Below the pieces are notes generated by a model. It was not told the DNA's origin and made no database searches. It saw only the letters and a list, made by a program, of their open reading frames with translations. Both the position numbers and the translations under genes were made by a program. Positions 35,843 to 44,921 of a stretch of 64,000 nt of DNA are shown piece by piece (within the stretch, counting starts at the first letter, position 1; every line of letters begins with the position of its first letter). The stretch lies in assembly GCA_964525525.1 (NCBI GenBank), contig CAZGHD010000001.1, positions 5,288-69,287 on the forward strand. Reading direction: 5' to 3'. The DNA comes from an uncultured Lachnospiraceae bacterium. Its GTDB lineage: Bacteria > Bacillota > Clostridia > Oscillospirales > CAG-272.

Positions 35843-38440
35843 TTACTTATTATCCCTTGCGGCGATGTCAGCTTCGTAGTTTGCTCTGTCCTGAGTGCCG
35901 AGGGCGTTGCGGAAGAGAACTATTCCGGACTCGTCTTCGTCAAAGGTGTATTCTACCGAGCCGTGCCAGCCGTTACCGAGCTCTGTCGGTTCGTAACGGC
36001 GGAACAGTGAATCAGCCACGGGGAAGTAGCCCTCGCCCTTGCCGCGGTAATCGGTCAGCTCCCAGATGCAGTCGAGCTTGCCGTCCTTTCCGTACGGGCG
36101 GGAGAATTTAACTATACCTATCTCGGGTGCAAACCAGTACTCCATCTTGCCGCCGCGATAGCCGTAACCTCCTTCGGGACCGGTAAGATCGAATTTTATG
36201 TGTCGGCAGTTTTCAAACGTTCCCGCTTTGGTTATAACGGTTTCCTCGTCAAGCACGTCGAACACAAGGTGATTGGATTTTCCTTTCCACGTGGGCACGT
36301 TGCGCTCATCGTGATACCCGGGTATCCATTCGTCACTCCATATAGTACCTGCCGCGTCATAGAGAATATCGTAAAGGAAGCTATAGAGAACTTTATAGCC
36401 CTCGTCTCCGCAGTTACCCATATCCTTCCACTCAAAGCTGTATTTTCTGTTGTCAGAAATTTTAACCTTTCCGTCATTTGTGTCAACGTCTATAAGCTCA
36501 AAGAAGTTCCAATGTCCCTTTTCGGTATAACTCGGGTTGAAACCGGGGTCGGTTGCCAATATACGCTGCATTACGTCGGTCGCGATAGCGATATGCACCT
36601 TTTCACGCTTGGTTTTTGCAAGCTCTGCGGCGCGGGCAAGCGGCTTGCTTACGTCTACGATAGCTTCACCACCGTCGTTTTCGGTATAATAACCGCGACG
36701 TACGTGGAGCATATTACCTTTCCATGAATCATCGTAACCGAGATGCTGTACGAATGTGTATGCTTTGACAGTTACGCTGTCGTCGGCAGCGGCGGTTACC
36801 TCAAAGGTGTTTTCCGCTTCGACTATAACTGCGTCGGTGGATTTGGGTGTGTAGCTCCATTTGTTGCCCACAGCGAACGGGAGCATTCCGCTGCCGCCGA
36901 GTATGGTGTAGCTGTCAAGCTCCCATTCATTTGTCTCGTCATAGCGGTTTACGATCTGGTGCACGATACCGACGCCGGGACAGAAGGTGGTATCGCAGAA
37001 TTTAACACCGTATTTTTCACCTTTGAAACGGTAAAGTGAGCAGTTTTCAAATTTTCCTGCAGGGGTATCGACAGTTACGTCGTTTGATACGTAAGTCAGG
37101 GTGCTGTCACCGCTTGTCTTAACGTCGCCCGGCTTCATTTCGGGGTCGTATATAAGACTGTTAAGTCTCGAGCACTGCCAGAAAAGTGATGAGTCGTATT
37201 CGTCTGCATAGCCGCGGTGATAACCCGGCTGTGACCAGAAATAGAGCTTACCGTCGATATACTTATATACCTCGCCCTGAACTCCGAAACGGAATTTTTC
37301 ATAGGGGAGATCAAGCTCGTGCGCTTTTTTCTCCGCGTCGATCGCCGCGAGAGCGTTTGCGTAGTAAACGTCGCTCGGCTCGAGAAGCTCGAGTACCTTG
37401 TTGTATGCATTCATACAGTCCTCGTAATTTTTCTCGTCGCGGGAGTAGCATCCGTACCAGAAGTATGTGTATGCCAAGGATTTTACAAATCCGTTTTCTT
37501 CGAGAAACGGCATCTGCGTATTTTTCATAAAATCAAGGCGTTCTTTGCCGGAATATTTTCCGTGCTCATACGCCATTACCGACTGCATTACATCGTCGTT
37601 ATGGCTATTTAACGCTGCGTCCTTCATTTTAGCAAGAACTTCGTCGTTTCTCTCACCCGGCAACCACCAATATCCTCTCATAAGTACCTCTGCGAGAGCG
37701 TACTGCTTTTCATTTGATTCATCAAGCGCTTCGACGTCCCCAAGGACACGGCGATATTCTTCCTCAAAGCCGGTTATGTCGTCTCTGATCTGCCACAGCT
37801 TGAGCTCCTCGACCTGCCGCATAACGCGTTTTACGAGAGCTTCGTTTTCGTCGTATGTCTTTTCCATAATACCGTATTCCTTTCTCAGTTGTTTCCGCCC
37901 CTCGCACAGACGCCACTTTACCGTCCCTGCCGGCAGGGAAAGGCGCGCGGCTATCTCGGCGACCGAAAGACCTTCAAAGTAATGCAGAGTGACCGCCTCG
38001 CGTATCTTTTCACTCAGTGCTTCAACGGCCGTGTGAAGCTCTGACGCCTGCTCGTCCTTTGACAGATTTGCGATACCGAGCATATCGAGTATTTCGCTAT
38101 TCTCATCGTCTGCAAGCTCAATGCCCGAGAGCAGGTCAAGGCTGATGTCGGGAACGGTACTGCGGTAGTGAGCGACCAGAGTGCGAGCCTTGTTTTTGGC
38201 TATGTGACACACCCAGGAACCGAATTTATTGCGGTCTTTGAGCGAGTCGAGATTGATCCACGCAGAAACGAATGCGTCCTGTGACGCATCCTGCGCGGAA
38301 AATTCGTTTTCGGTCACCTTGTAGGCAGTTCCGAGAACCGAACGCTCGTGACGCAGTACCAGCTCTTCAAACGCGAGCTGATTTCCGAGCAGGGTCAGCT
38401 CTACGAGAACGTCGTCATTGTGTTCCGTGTGTTTTGTCAT
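35843..38440 (-). CDS. ECF-type sigma factor fused to a roughly 670-aa soluble C-terminal extension
   Basis: Residues 1-190 hold sigma regions 2 and 4 (..QDAFVSAWINL..FGSWVCHIAKNKA.., ..LSVAEIAARLSLPAGTVKWRLCEGRKQL). The rest has no TM segment. It comprises a helical W/Y-rich part and then two related beta-rich modules (AGKFENC..PGVGIV..WEL / AGTFENC..PEIGIV..WEL). Confidence 0.8.
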   Translation of the reverse strand: MTKHTEHNDDVLVELTLLGNQLAFEELVLRHERSVLGTAYKVTENEFSAQDASQDAFVSAWINLDSLKDRNKFGSWVCHIAKNKARTLVAHYRSTVPDISLDLLSGIELADDENSEILDMLGIANLSKDEQASELHTAVEALSEKIREAVTLHYFEGLSVAEIAARLSLPAGTVKWRLCEGRKQLRKEYGIMEKTYDENEALVKRVMRQVEELKLWQIRDDITGFEEEYRRVLGDVEALDESNEKQYALAEVLMRGYWWLPGERNDEVLAKMKDAALNSHNDDVMQSVMAYEHGKYSGKERLDFMKNTQMPFLEENGFVKSLAYTYFWYGCYSRDEKNYEDCMNAYNKVLELLEPSDVYYANALAAIDAEKKAHELDLPYEKFRFGVQGEVYKYIDGKLYFWSQPGYHRGYADEYDSSLFWQCSRLNSLIYDPEMKPGDVKTSGDSTLTYVSNDVTVDTPAGKFENCSLYRFKGEKYGVKFCDTTFCPGVGIVHQIVNRYDETNEWELDSYTILGGSGMLPFAVGNKWSYTPKSTDAVIVEAENTFEVTAAADDSVTVKAYTFVQHLGYDDSWKGNMLHVRRGYYTENDGGEAIVDVSKPLARAAELAKTKREKVHIAIATDVMQRILATDPGFNPSYTEKGHWNFFELIDVDTNDGKVKISDNRKYSFEWKDMGNCGDEGYKVLYSFLYDILYDAAGTIWSDEWIPGYHDERNVPTWKGKSNHLVFDVLDEETVITKAGTFENCRHIKFDLTGPEGGYGYRGGKMEYWFAPEIGIVKFSRPYGKDGKLDCIWELTDYRGKGEGYFPVADSLFRRYEPTELGNGWHGSVEYTFDEDESGIVLFRNALGTQDRANYEADIAARDNK

Positions 38441-38529
38441 CTTGCATTTCCTTTCTTTTGCTTTTCCGTCCTACGGAGCGGTCTTTTTGGGGCTTTCACT
38501 TATAAGACTCGGAAAATGAGTAAAAGGTT
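38434..38529. repeat. Direct repeat copy 1: promoter, leader and start codon of the sigma-fusion gene
   Basis: Positions 38484-38529 are identical over 46 nt to 42222-42267. Similarity continues to TTGTCAT (38434-40 = 42195-201), which includes the start codon. Copy 1 has a 22-nt extra segment. Confidence 0.9.
38501..38529 (-). promoter_or_regulatory. Candidate promoter inside repeat copy 1
   Basis: Minus strand reads AACC-N15-GAGTCTTATAAG. The repeat begins exactly at AAC. Whether this is an ECF-type (AAC..GTC) or sigma-A-type (TATAAG) promoter cannot be decided by eye. Confidence 0.35.
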
Positions 38530-38573
38530 GGGTAAAGCGAAAAAAATTTTAGGCTTGGCTCAAAAATATTCTT

Positions 38574-40358
38574 TTACACATATTTACTTGCCTGTAAATT
38601 GAATAGATGTGCATACTTTCCATTCTGCTTCAAAAGCTCAAAATGTGATCCTTGTTCGATAATACGTCCATCATCTATAACAAGTATCTTATCGGCAAGC
38701 GTGGTATTGGAAAGTCTGTGTGAAATCGTAACCGAACTTTTACCTTCGCTCAAATGATAGAGCTGTTCGAAAATTCTATCCTCCGAGATAGGGTCAAGCG
38801 CAGCAGACGGCTCGTCAAGAATCATATATTCGCTATCTTTGAAGTATGCACGGGCAAGTCCAACGAGCTGCCATTGGCCGCCCGAAAGATCTTTGCCGTT
38901 GTCTGCATAGTAGCGTCCAAGAACGCTGTCAAAACCGTTCTCCCAATCCTTGATGACTTCACTTGCGCCGCTGATGTCGCAAGCCTTTTTCAGTTTCTCG
39001 TCATTAAAACGGTTGTCGAAATCCGATAGAGCAATGATTTCTCGTAGCGGCAGACAGTAAGTAACATAGTCTTGAAACAGCACACCAAATACTTTTCGTA
39101 CTGCGTAAACATCATATTCCTTCAAATCCACGCCGTCGAGCTTGATGCAGCCTTCCTCGGGATCATAGAAGCGGAACATCAGCTTGATAATCGTGGATTT
39201 TCCTGCACCATTCAAGCCTATCAGACCAATTTTTTCATGCGGTTCTATGGTAAAGGAACAATCCTTCAGTACATATTGCTCCGCATTGGGATAACGGAAG
39301 GATACGTTGCAGAACTCGATTTTTGGATTATTCGACGGCTTCAAGGTTCCGCTTTTTTCTACCTCGGATTTAATATCCATAAATTCCCGAAGTTCTGTCA
39401 AACGATCATTATCATTTAAAAAAACGTCAATACTATTCATCAGTGTCTGGGTTTGATTTCGTAATCTGGATACTATACTTAAATTATACTGTAAATCACC
39501 TATACCAATTATTTTATGAATTACATCCAATGCAGAAATAGTAATCACTAAAAATTCACTGGACAAATTAATAATCATAATTAGTGTATTGATAATGTTG
39601 TGTTTTATATTTTCGTGAAAATTTATACGGAACAGCTTTTCCCACACTTCATTGCGCTTGTTAAGAAAATATGAGCCTATGTTGTTCAACTTAATTTCAA
39701 ACTGCACATTATTGTCGAAGAATAATCCGCTGTAATAGTCTTTTTTTCGATTATCACGAAGCTGTTGTTTCTCCATCTCCATTCTGTGTTCTGTGTGCTT
39801 TTTATTATACAGAAAATACGGTACCAACAGGAGAAGGGTTGCAATTCCAAGCCACCATTTGTATGTACACACGATTACAAAAGTTGTAATAACGTTGATA
39901 AATGCAGAAACAATATCAAAAAACAACCATGTCATTTGAGTCATAGTTCCGAAATTATTTCGTGCGTGACGAACCTTATCACCCATCTCTGCACTATCAA
40001 AAAAGGCAAGATCCATTCGGGATGTTTTGTCCATCATAACGGCTTCAATATAAAACTGTATTTCAAAACCATATCGCGAGTTTACATACAAATTAAATCG
40101 TGCAAGCATATATATAAGAAGCTGCAATATAAGGTAAATAGCGAGGTTAAAGAAAACTGCTTGGAAATTTCTTGGGACATTTGCTATGCCATTCAATATT
40201 TCTCTCCACAGACCTATATTTATCAAAGGGATTACTGTGGTTGAAAGAAGAATCAATAATTTCATAGAAAAATAGAATTTCGATGCAAAAAAACTGGTTT
40301 TAAACCCAAACCACAAATTCCCAATAATTCCTCTGAAAAAATCATTGATTTTCTTCAT
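38574..40358 (-). CDS. ABC exporter, fused permease/ATPase half-transporter (second subunit)
   Basis: Six-TM N-terminal half. Walker A GLNGAGKST, signature LSGGQWQL, Walker B YMILDEPSAALD, H-loop TISHR. AT-rich coding sequence. Confidence 0.9.
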   Translation of the reverse strand: MKKINDFFRGIIGNLWFGFKTSFFASKFYFSMKLLILLSTTVIPLINIGLWREILNGIANVPRNFQAVFFNLAIYLILQLLIYMLARFNLYVNSRYGFEIQFYIEAVMMDKTSRMDLAFFDSAEMGDKVRHARNNFGTMTQMTWLFFDIVSAFINVITTFVIVCTYKWWLGIATLLLLVPYFLYNKKHTEHRMEMEKQQLRDNRKKDYYSGLFFDNNVQFEIKLNNIGSYFLNKRNEVWEKLFRINFHENIKHNIINTLIMIINLSSEFLVITISALDVIHKIIGIGDLQYNLSIVSRLRNQTQTLMNSIDVFLNDNDRLTELREFMDIKSEVEKSGTLKPSNNPKIEFCNVSFRYPNAEQYVLKDCSFTIEPHEKIGLIGLNGAGKSTIIKLMFRFYDPEEGCIKLDGVDLKEYDVYAVRKVFGVLFQDYVTYCLPLREIIALSDFDNRFNDEKLKKACDISGASEVIKDWENGFDSVLGRYYADNGKDLSGGQWQLVGLARAYFKDSEYMILDEPSAALDPISEDRIFEQLYHLSEGKSSVTISHRLSNTTLADKILVIDDGRIIEQGSHFELLKQNGKYAHLFNLQASKYV

Positions 40359-42145
40359 ATTGCTTTATCCTCCTTTAAAGTATACTTTTCACGCTGGAGG
40401 TTATAGAGTTTTGCGTATAGACCGTCAAGTGAAATAAGCTCGTCATGTGTACCTTCTTCCTTGATTTTTCCATCATCCAGTACGATTATTTTATTTGACA
40501 TACGAGTACTTGAAATACGGTGTGAGATCATAACACCTGTTTTTTTATGTGCTATGACTTCATAGTTTTTAAAAATCTGATCCTCAGCCTCTGCATCAAG
40601 TGCGGCTGACGGTTCGTCAAAAATAATGATGGGAGCGTTTTTGAAATAAGCTCGTGATAACGCAATCTTTTGCCATTGACCCTTTGAAAGCTCGGTACCT
40701 TTGTCGTCAAATTGACGTGTCATAAATGAGTCAATCCCATTTTCAAGTTTGGGACGCAAATCATCATATACACCGCTTTGTATCAATACATTCTGAATTT
40801 CATCGTTATTGTCCATACGTTCAGGTGCGGATAGAGCAATATTTTCTCTCAGTGTAAGCGGATATTGCACAAAACTTTGAAATAATACCGAAAATAAGTT
40901 TCTCACATCCCGTATATCGTAATCCGCCATTGGGTAACCGTTTATCAAAATTTGTCCCGATTCAATTTCGTAAAGTCCCAGCATCAGCTTTATAATTGTG
41001 GATTTACCTGAACCGTTGATACCGACTATAGAGAGCTTGTCACCACGGTTCAGCGTGAAAGAGGCACCTGATAAAACATATTTTTCGGTATAAGGATACT
41101 TGAAATAGACATTTTCAAAGCTAAGAGATTCAAATGTTTCCAATTTCCTCGATTTAATATTTATATCAGGACAATCTAAGGCAAAAAAGGCAAATACTCG
41201 GCCCATTCTTTGCGCTGTCCTCGTATATCCAAATACAATAACATCCAACATGGTTTTGAATGTGTTTGTAGCAGAAAGTGCAAATCCTGTGTACAGCGCT
41301 ACATCACCTATACTTATATCTGAAATCATAGCTTTATAAACGACAAATGCTGTGAATACTATTTCACCAATGCGCATAATTAGTTCCACAGGAAGTGACG
41401 CGAACAGTTTTTTCTTATCGAGTTTTTTGTTTTCTTTTGTAAATTCGTTTTTCTCCGTAAGATATCTGTCCTTTATATTATCAGTAAGATCATACATTCG
41501 TACATCTTTTGCGGGCCAAGCATCGGTTAGCATCCAACGATAATAATTGAATTTTCGTGTATCCGGTGCCGTCTTCATACGCAAATTTTCTGATTTTTTA
41601 TCGAATACACTTCTTAAAATAATAGATGGTATAGTTAATATAAGAAATAACATCGCGAACCAAACATGAAAATTCACAAGAGCAGTGAATGTTACAGCAA
41701 AAGTGTAGGCATATGTTATGACCCGCACAATATTATCCGCCAGATGAACTGCGGCAACCGTAGAATAACGTACATCGGTAACTACATTTTTTCCATTGGC
41801 AGAATCAATAAACGACATTGGAAGTTGGTTCATTTTTGCAAGTACATCCCGTTCATACTGTTCCTGTGCTCTTTCAAATATGGAATTATAGAGCAAAGTA
41901 TGTACACTGTTCATTCCACAAGAAAGAAGAAGAATGGCGATATAAAGACCTATTAAAGAAAGAAGAACCGATAAATTGGGTGAGTACAGGGTTAAATTTT
42001 CTAAAATATATTTCATAACCAATGTGCCGGATAATGTTAATGTAGAACATATCAAGGCAACTATCCAGTAAACCACAACCATATATTTACTGGACTTGTA
42101 CAACAAACCAAATGAGTAGAATATTGATTTAAGGTAAAGTTTCAT
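40355..42145 (-). CDS. ABC exporter, fused permease/ATPase half-transporter (first subunit)
   Basis: Walker A GINGSGKST, signature LSKGQWQK, Walker B IIIFDEPSAALD, H-loop MISHR. ATGA overlap with the second subunit. No N-terminal C39 peptidase domain. Confidence 0.9.
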   Translation of the reverse strand: MKLYLKSIFYSFGLLYKSSKYMVVVYWIVALICSTLTLSGTLVMKYILENLTLYSPNLSVLLSLIGLYIAILLLSCGMNSVHTLLYNSIFERAQEQYERDVLAKMNQLPMSFIDSANGKNVVTDVRYSTVAAVHLADNIVRVITYAYTFAVTFTALVNFHVWFAMLFLILTIPSIILRSVFDKKSENLRMKTAPDTRKFNYYRWMLTDAWPAKDVRMYDLTDNIKDRYLTEKNEFTKENKKLDKKKLFASLPVELIMRIGEIVFTAFVVYKAMISDISIGDVALYTGFALSATNTFKTMLDVIVFGYTRTAQRMGRVFAFFALDCPDINIKSRKLETFESLSFENVYFKYPYTEKYVLSGASFTLNRGDKLSIVGINGSGKSTIIKLMLGLYEIESGQILINGYPMADYDIRDVRNLFSVLFQSFVQYPLTLRENIALSAPERMDNNDEIQNVLIQSGVYDDLRPKLENGIDSFMTRQFDDKGTELSKGQWQKIALSRAYFKNAPIIIFDEPSAALDAEAEDQIFKNYEVIAHKKTGVMISHRISSTRMSNKIIVLDDGKIKEEGTHDELISLDGLYAKLYNLQREKYTLKEDKAI

Positions 42146-42201
42146 TATTTCCTCCTCGAATAATAGCCCTGGTGAATTTTAAAACAACTTATACTTGTCA
42201 T
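42145..42201 (-). CDS. 18-codon relic/leader ORF (MTSISCFKIHQGYYSRRK) starting at the duplicated sigma start codon
   Basis: ATGACAA is shared with the sigma gene start. The TAA stop overlaps the ABC gene ATG as TAATG, and AGGAGG lies inside the uORF. Confidence 0.35.
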   Translation of the reverse strand: MTSISCFKIHQGYYSRRK

Positions 42202-42267
42202 CTTACATTTCCTTTTTTGCGTTTTTGGGGCTTTCACTTATAAGACTCGGAAAATGAGTAAAAGGTT
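42195..42267. repeat. Direct repeat copy 2, upstream of the ABC exporter operon
   Basis: See copy 1. Identical 46-mer plus a conserved block containing the start codon. Confidence 0.9.
42240..42267 (-). promoter_or_regulatory. Candidate promoter inside repeat copy 2
   Basis: Same AACC-N15-GAGTCTTATAAG sequence as in copy 1, placed just downstream of the relQ-like gene terminator. Confidence 0.35.
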
Positions 42268-42280
42268 TGCTTTTTTTGAA

Positions 42281-42329
42281 AAAAATATAAAAAAGTGGAT
42301 CAACTGCTTAAAAAACAGCCGATCCACTT
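42281..42329 (-). terminator. Intrinsic terminator after the small alarmone synthetase gene
   Basis: 9-bp stem AAGTGGATC/GATCCACTT with inner pairing, followed on the minus strand by TTTTATATTTTT. Confidence 0.7.
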
Positions 42330-42339
42330 GATTTTTTTG

Positions 42340-43020
42340 TTATTTTTCCGCGTCGATCTGACGGCGGATAGACTGCATTTCAAGGTCTATTGCGGCGATC
42401 TTATCCGAGCACTCACGGAGCTGCGCGGCGATCACTTCGGGATTTTCAACGTCTTTTTTATACTTGAGCTTGTGCTCAAGACTTGCCCAGAAGTCCATCG
42501 CTATCGTGCGGAACTGTACTTCAACTTCCATACGCTCTGTAGATTCGGTGAGGAATATCGGAATGTTTATTATCATATGGTAGCTTCTGTATCCGCTTTC
42601 CTTGGGATTTTTTATGTAGTCCTTTATCTCAATTACGTTTATGTCGTCCTGACGCATAAACATCTCGGACAGCATATAAATATCCTCGGGGAAGGAGCAG
42701 ATTATCCGCGCGCCTGCAACGTCGTGAACGTGCGCGCGGACGTTTTCGAGATTTACCTCGTAATTTTTACGGTTCAGCTTTTCGATTATACTTTGCGGAC
42801 TTTTTATTCGGGTCTTTATTGATTCAACCGGGTTGCGGTTGTATCTTATTGAAAATTCATCGTCAAGCACTTCAAACTTGGTAGCAACCTCTTTCAGCGC
42901 GCAGTTGTATTTCATCATAAGCTCGATAAACGGGCGCTGATTTGCAAGCAGAGGATGCTCGTCAAGATTTGAAATCTGCAGTTTTTTCGGGCGATCGTTA
43001 AGGCTGATCATTTTTATCAC
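42340..43020 (-). CDS. Small alarmone synthetase (RelQ/RelP-type GTP pyrophosphokinase)
   Basis: RelA/SpoT synthetase motifs GYRSYHMII and VEVQFRTIAMDFWASLEH. 226 aa with no hydrolase domain. Confidence 0.9.
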   Translation of the reverse strand: MIKMISLNDRPKKLQISNLDEHPLLANQRPFIELMMKYNCALKEVATKFEVLDDEFSIRYNRNPVESIKTRIKSPQSIIEKLNRKNYEVNLENVRAHVHDVAGARIICSFPEDIYMLSEMFMRQDDINVIEIKDYIKNPKESGYRSYHMIINIPIFLTESTERMEVEVQFRTIAMDFWASLEHKLKYKKDVENPEVIAAQLRECSDKIAAIDLEMQSIRRQIDAEK

Positions 43021-43132
43021 CTCCGGATTTTATAATGGGGAGTGCAACCTTACTAAATATATTATAGCATGGCTTTATTAAGAATAAAGAAACTTAATGT
43101 GACGGATTTCGGTTTTTTTATTCACATAATCA

Positions 43133-43852
43133 TTACTTTCCCGAAAGGGTGCGGATGACGTATCCCGCGAGCACGAGTCCTGCCGCGCTCGGTACGAAAG
43201 CGCAGGATGCGGGTACGGGCTTGCCGCTGTCAGGGTCGGTGACTCCGGATTTTATCGGCGCTTCATCCGAGAAAACCACAGGCAGTTTTTTTATTCCGCG
43301 CTTTTTAAGCTCGATTCGCATTACGCGTGCAAGCGGGCATACCGACGTTTTATAAATATCGGTGACGCAAAAGCGGGACGGATCGAGCTTTCCGCCTGCG
43401 CCCATTGACGATATTATCGGTATTCCGAGCTCTGCCGCGCGCTCGATTATAAGCAGCTTTGACGACACGGTGTCTATCGCGTCGATGATAAAATCGTATT
43501 TTGAAAAATCTATCTCGTCTGCGTTTTCTTTTGAATAGAATATCGGGAGCTCGGTGATATTTATCGCGGGATTTATGTCCAGCGCACGTTCTGCCATTAC
43601 CTCGGTTTTAAGTCTGCCGACGGTGGAGCGGAGCGCGATTATCTGGCGGTTTAGATTACTTTCGCTCACGCGGTCTCCGTCTACCAGAGTTATAGTGCCG
43701 ATACCGCTTCGCACGAGCGCTTCTGCGGCGTATCCGCCGACGCCGCCAACACCGAACAGGAGTACGCTTGAGCGAGCGAGCTTTTCGACGGCATCATGCC
43801 CGAGCAAAAGCTCGGTACGGCTGAAAATATTATCGCTCATCTTTTTCTCCAT
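43133..43852 (-). CDS. tcdA: ThiF/MoeB-family adenylyltransferase, tRNA threonylcarbamoyladenosine dehydratase-like
   Basis: Nucleotide fold LLFGVGGVGGYAAEAL and NLNRQ motif. Size and pattern match TcdA/CsdL. Confidence 0.75.
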   Translation of the reverse strand: MEKKMSDNIFSRTELLLGHDAVEKLARSSVLLFGVGGVGGYAAEALVRSGIGTITLVDGDRVSESNLNRQIIALRSTVGRLKTEVMAERALDINPAINITELPIFYSKENADEIDFSKYDFIIDAIDTVSSKLLIIERAAELGIPIISSMGAGGKLDPSRFCVTDIYKTSVCPLARVMRIELKKRGIKKLPVVFSDEAPIKSGVTDPDSGKPVPASCAFVPSAAGLVLAGYVIRTLSGK

Positions 43853-44915
43853 TTATCTTTTCAAACAGTTTTTTGAAATTCTGTGCAAAGGGAGGACGGA
43901 TAACGCCGTATTCGGTGACGAAAGCGGTTATCAGGTCAGCGTCGGTCACGTCAAACGCGGGGTTGTATACCTTGATGTTTTTCGGCGCCATTCGGGAGGA
44001 GTACCACATCTCGGTGACCTCGTCGCCGTCGCGCTGTTCGATGTTTATGTCATTACCGCTCTGTGTTGCCATATCTATGGTAGACGTCGGAGCGCAGACG
44101 TAAAAGGGCACTCCGTATCTTGCAGCGAGAGTCGCCACCATTGAGGTTCCTATTTTGTTTGCGGTGTCACCGTTTGCGGCAACTCTGTCGCATCCGACGA
44201 ATATCGCGTTTATCGCGCCGGTACGCATCAGCGCGCCGGACATATTGTCGCAGAGCAGGGTCACGTCAAGACCGCTCTCTGACAGCTCAAACGCGGTAAG
44301 GCGCGCGCCCTGGAGAAGCGGGCGGGTCTCGTCGCAGTAGATTTTGAAGTTATATCCGCGCTCGTGACCGAGATACATCGGCGCGGTGGCGGTGCCGTAT
44401 TTTACAGTGGCGAGTCTGCCCGCGTTGCAGTGGGTGAGCAGACCGTCTCCCTCTTTTACGAGGGTGAGTCCGTGCTCTCCTATACTTTTGCACACCTCTA
44501 TATCCTCGCGATGGATAGCCTCTGCTTCTGCGAGCATTATTTCTTTTATCTCGCTTACGCTTGACGGCGCGGCGCTTTTTAATTTCGCGAGCATACGGTC
44601 AAGCGCCCACCTAAGATTTACTGCGGTCGGGCGGGAGGAGGAGAGATAATCTGCGTCGCGCTCAAGCTCTTTTTGGAGCTCGTGTGCGCTTTCCGCGCTT
44701 GAGTACAGCGCGCACAGGTAAAGTCCTATCGCCGCTGACACTCCTATCGCGGGAGCGCCGCGTACGCGGAGCTTTTTGATTGCTTCCCATATTTCCTCTT
44801 TTGTTGTGAGCGAGAGAATTTTACACTCTCCGGGCAAAAGTGTCTGGTCTATTATGAGCATCGCCTTTTTGTCGGGCGATAGCGCGACTGTGTCGTATTT
44901 GTCAAACTCCGGCAT
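43830..44915 (-). CDS. mtnA: S-methyl-5-thioribose-1-phosphate isomerase
   Basis: eIF-2B-like family pattern: RVRGAPAIGV, SSRPTAVNL, GCDRVAANGDTANKIGT. Confidence 0.85.
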   Translation of the reverse strand: MPEFDKYDTVALSPDKKAMLIIDQTLLPGECKILSLTTKEEIWEAIKKLRVRGAPAIGVSAAIGLYLCALYSSAESAHELQKELERDADYLSSSRPTAVNLRWALDRMLAKLKSAAPSSVSEIKEIMLAEAEAIHREDIEVCKSIGEHGLTLVKEGDGLLTHCNAGRLATVKYGTATAPMYLGHERGYNFKIYCDETRPLLQGARLTAFELSESGLDVTLLCDNMSGALMRTGAINAIFVGCDRVAANGDTANKIGTSMVATLAARYGVPFYVCAPTSTIDMATQSGNDINIEQRDGDEVTEMWYSSRMAPKNIKVYNPAFDVTDADLITAFVTEYGVIRPPFAQNFKKLFEKINGEKDER

Positions 44916-44921
44916 TATATT

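Noticed and set aside
35667-36111. Plus-strand ORFs of 70 and 143 aa covering the hairpin-rich region and the 3-prime end of the sigma-fusion gene
   Set aside because: The translations are Arg/Cys/Pro-rich, there is no RBS, and the second runs antisense to a well-supported gene. They are not coding.
43021-43132. Possible extended -10 promoter (TGCTATAAT, minus strand) for the relQ-like gene, and a terminator for tcdA
   Set aside because: The -10 element is plausible, but I found no matching -35 element and no real hairpin for the terminator, because GACGGATTTCGG is not self-complementary. It is left unannotated.
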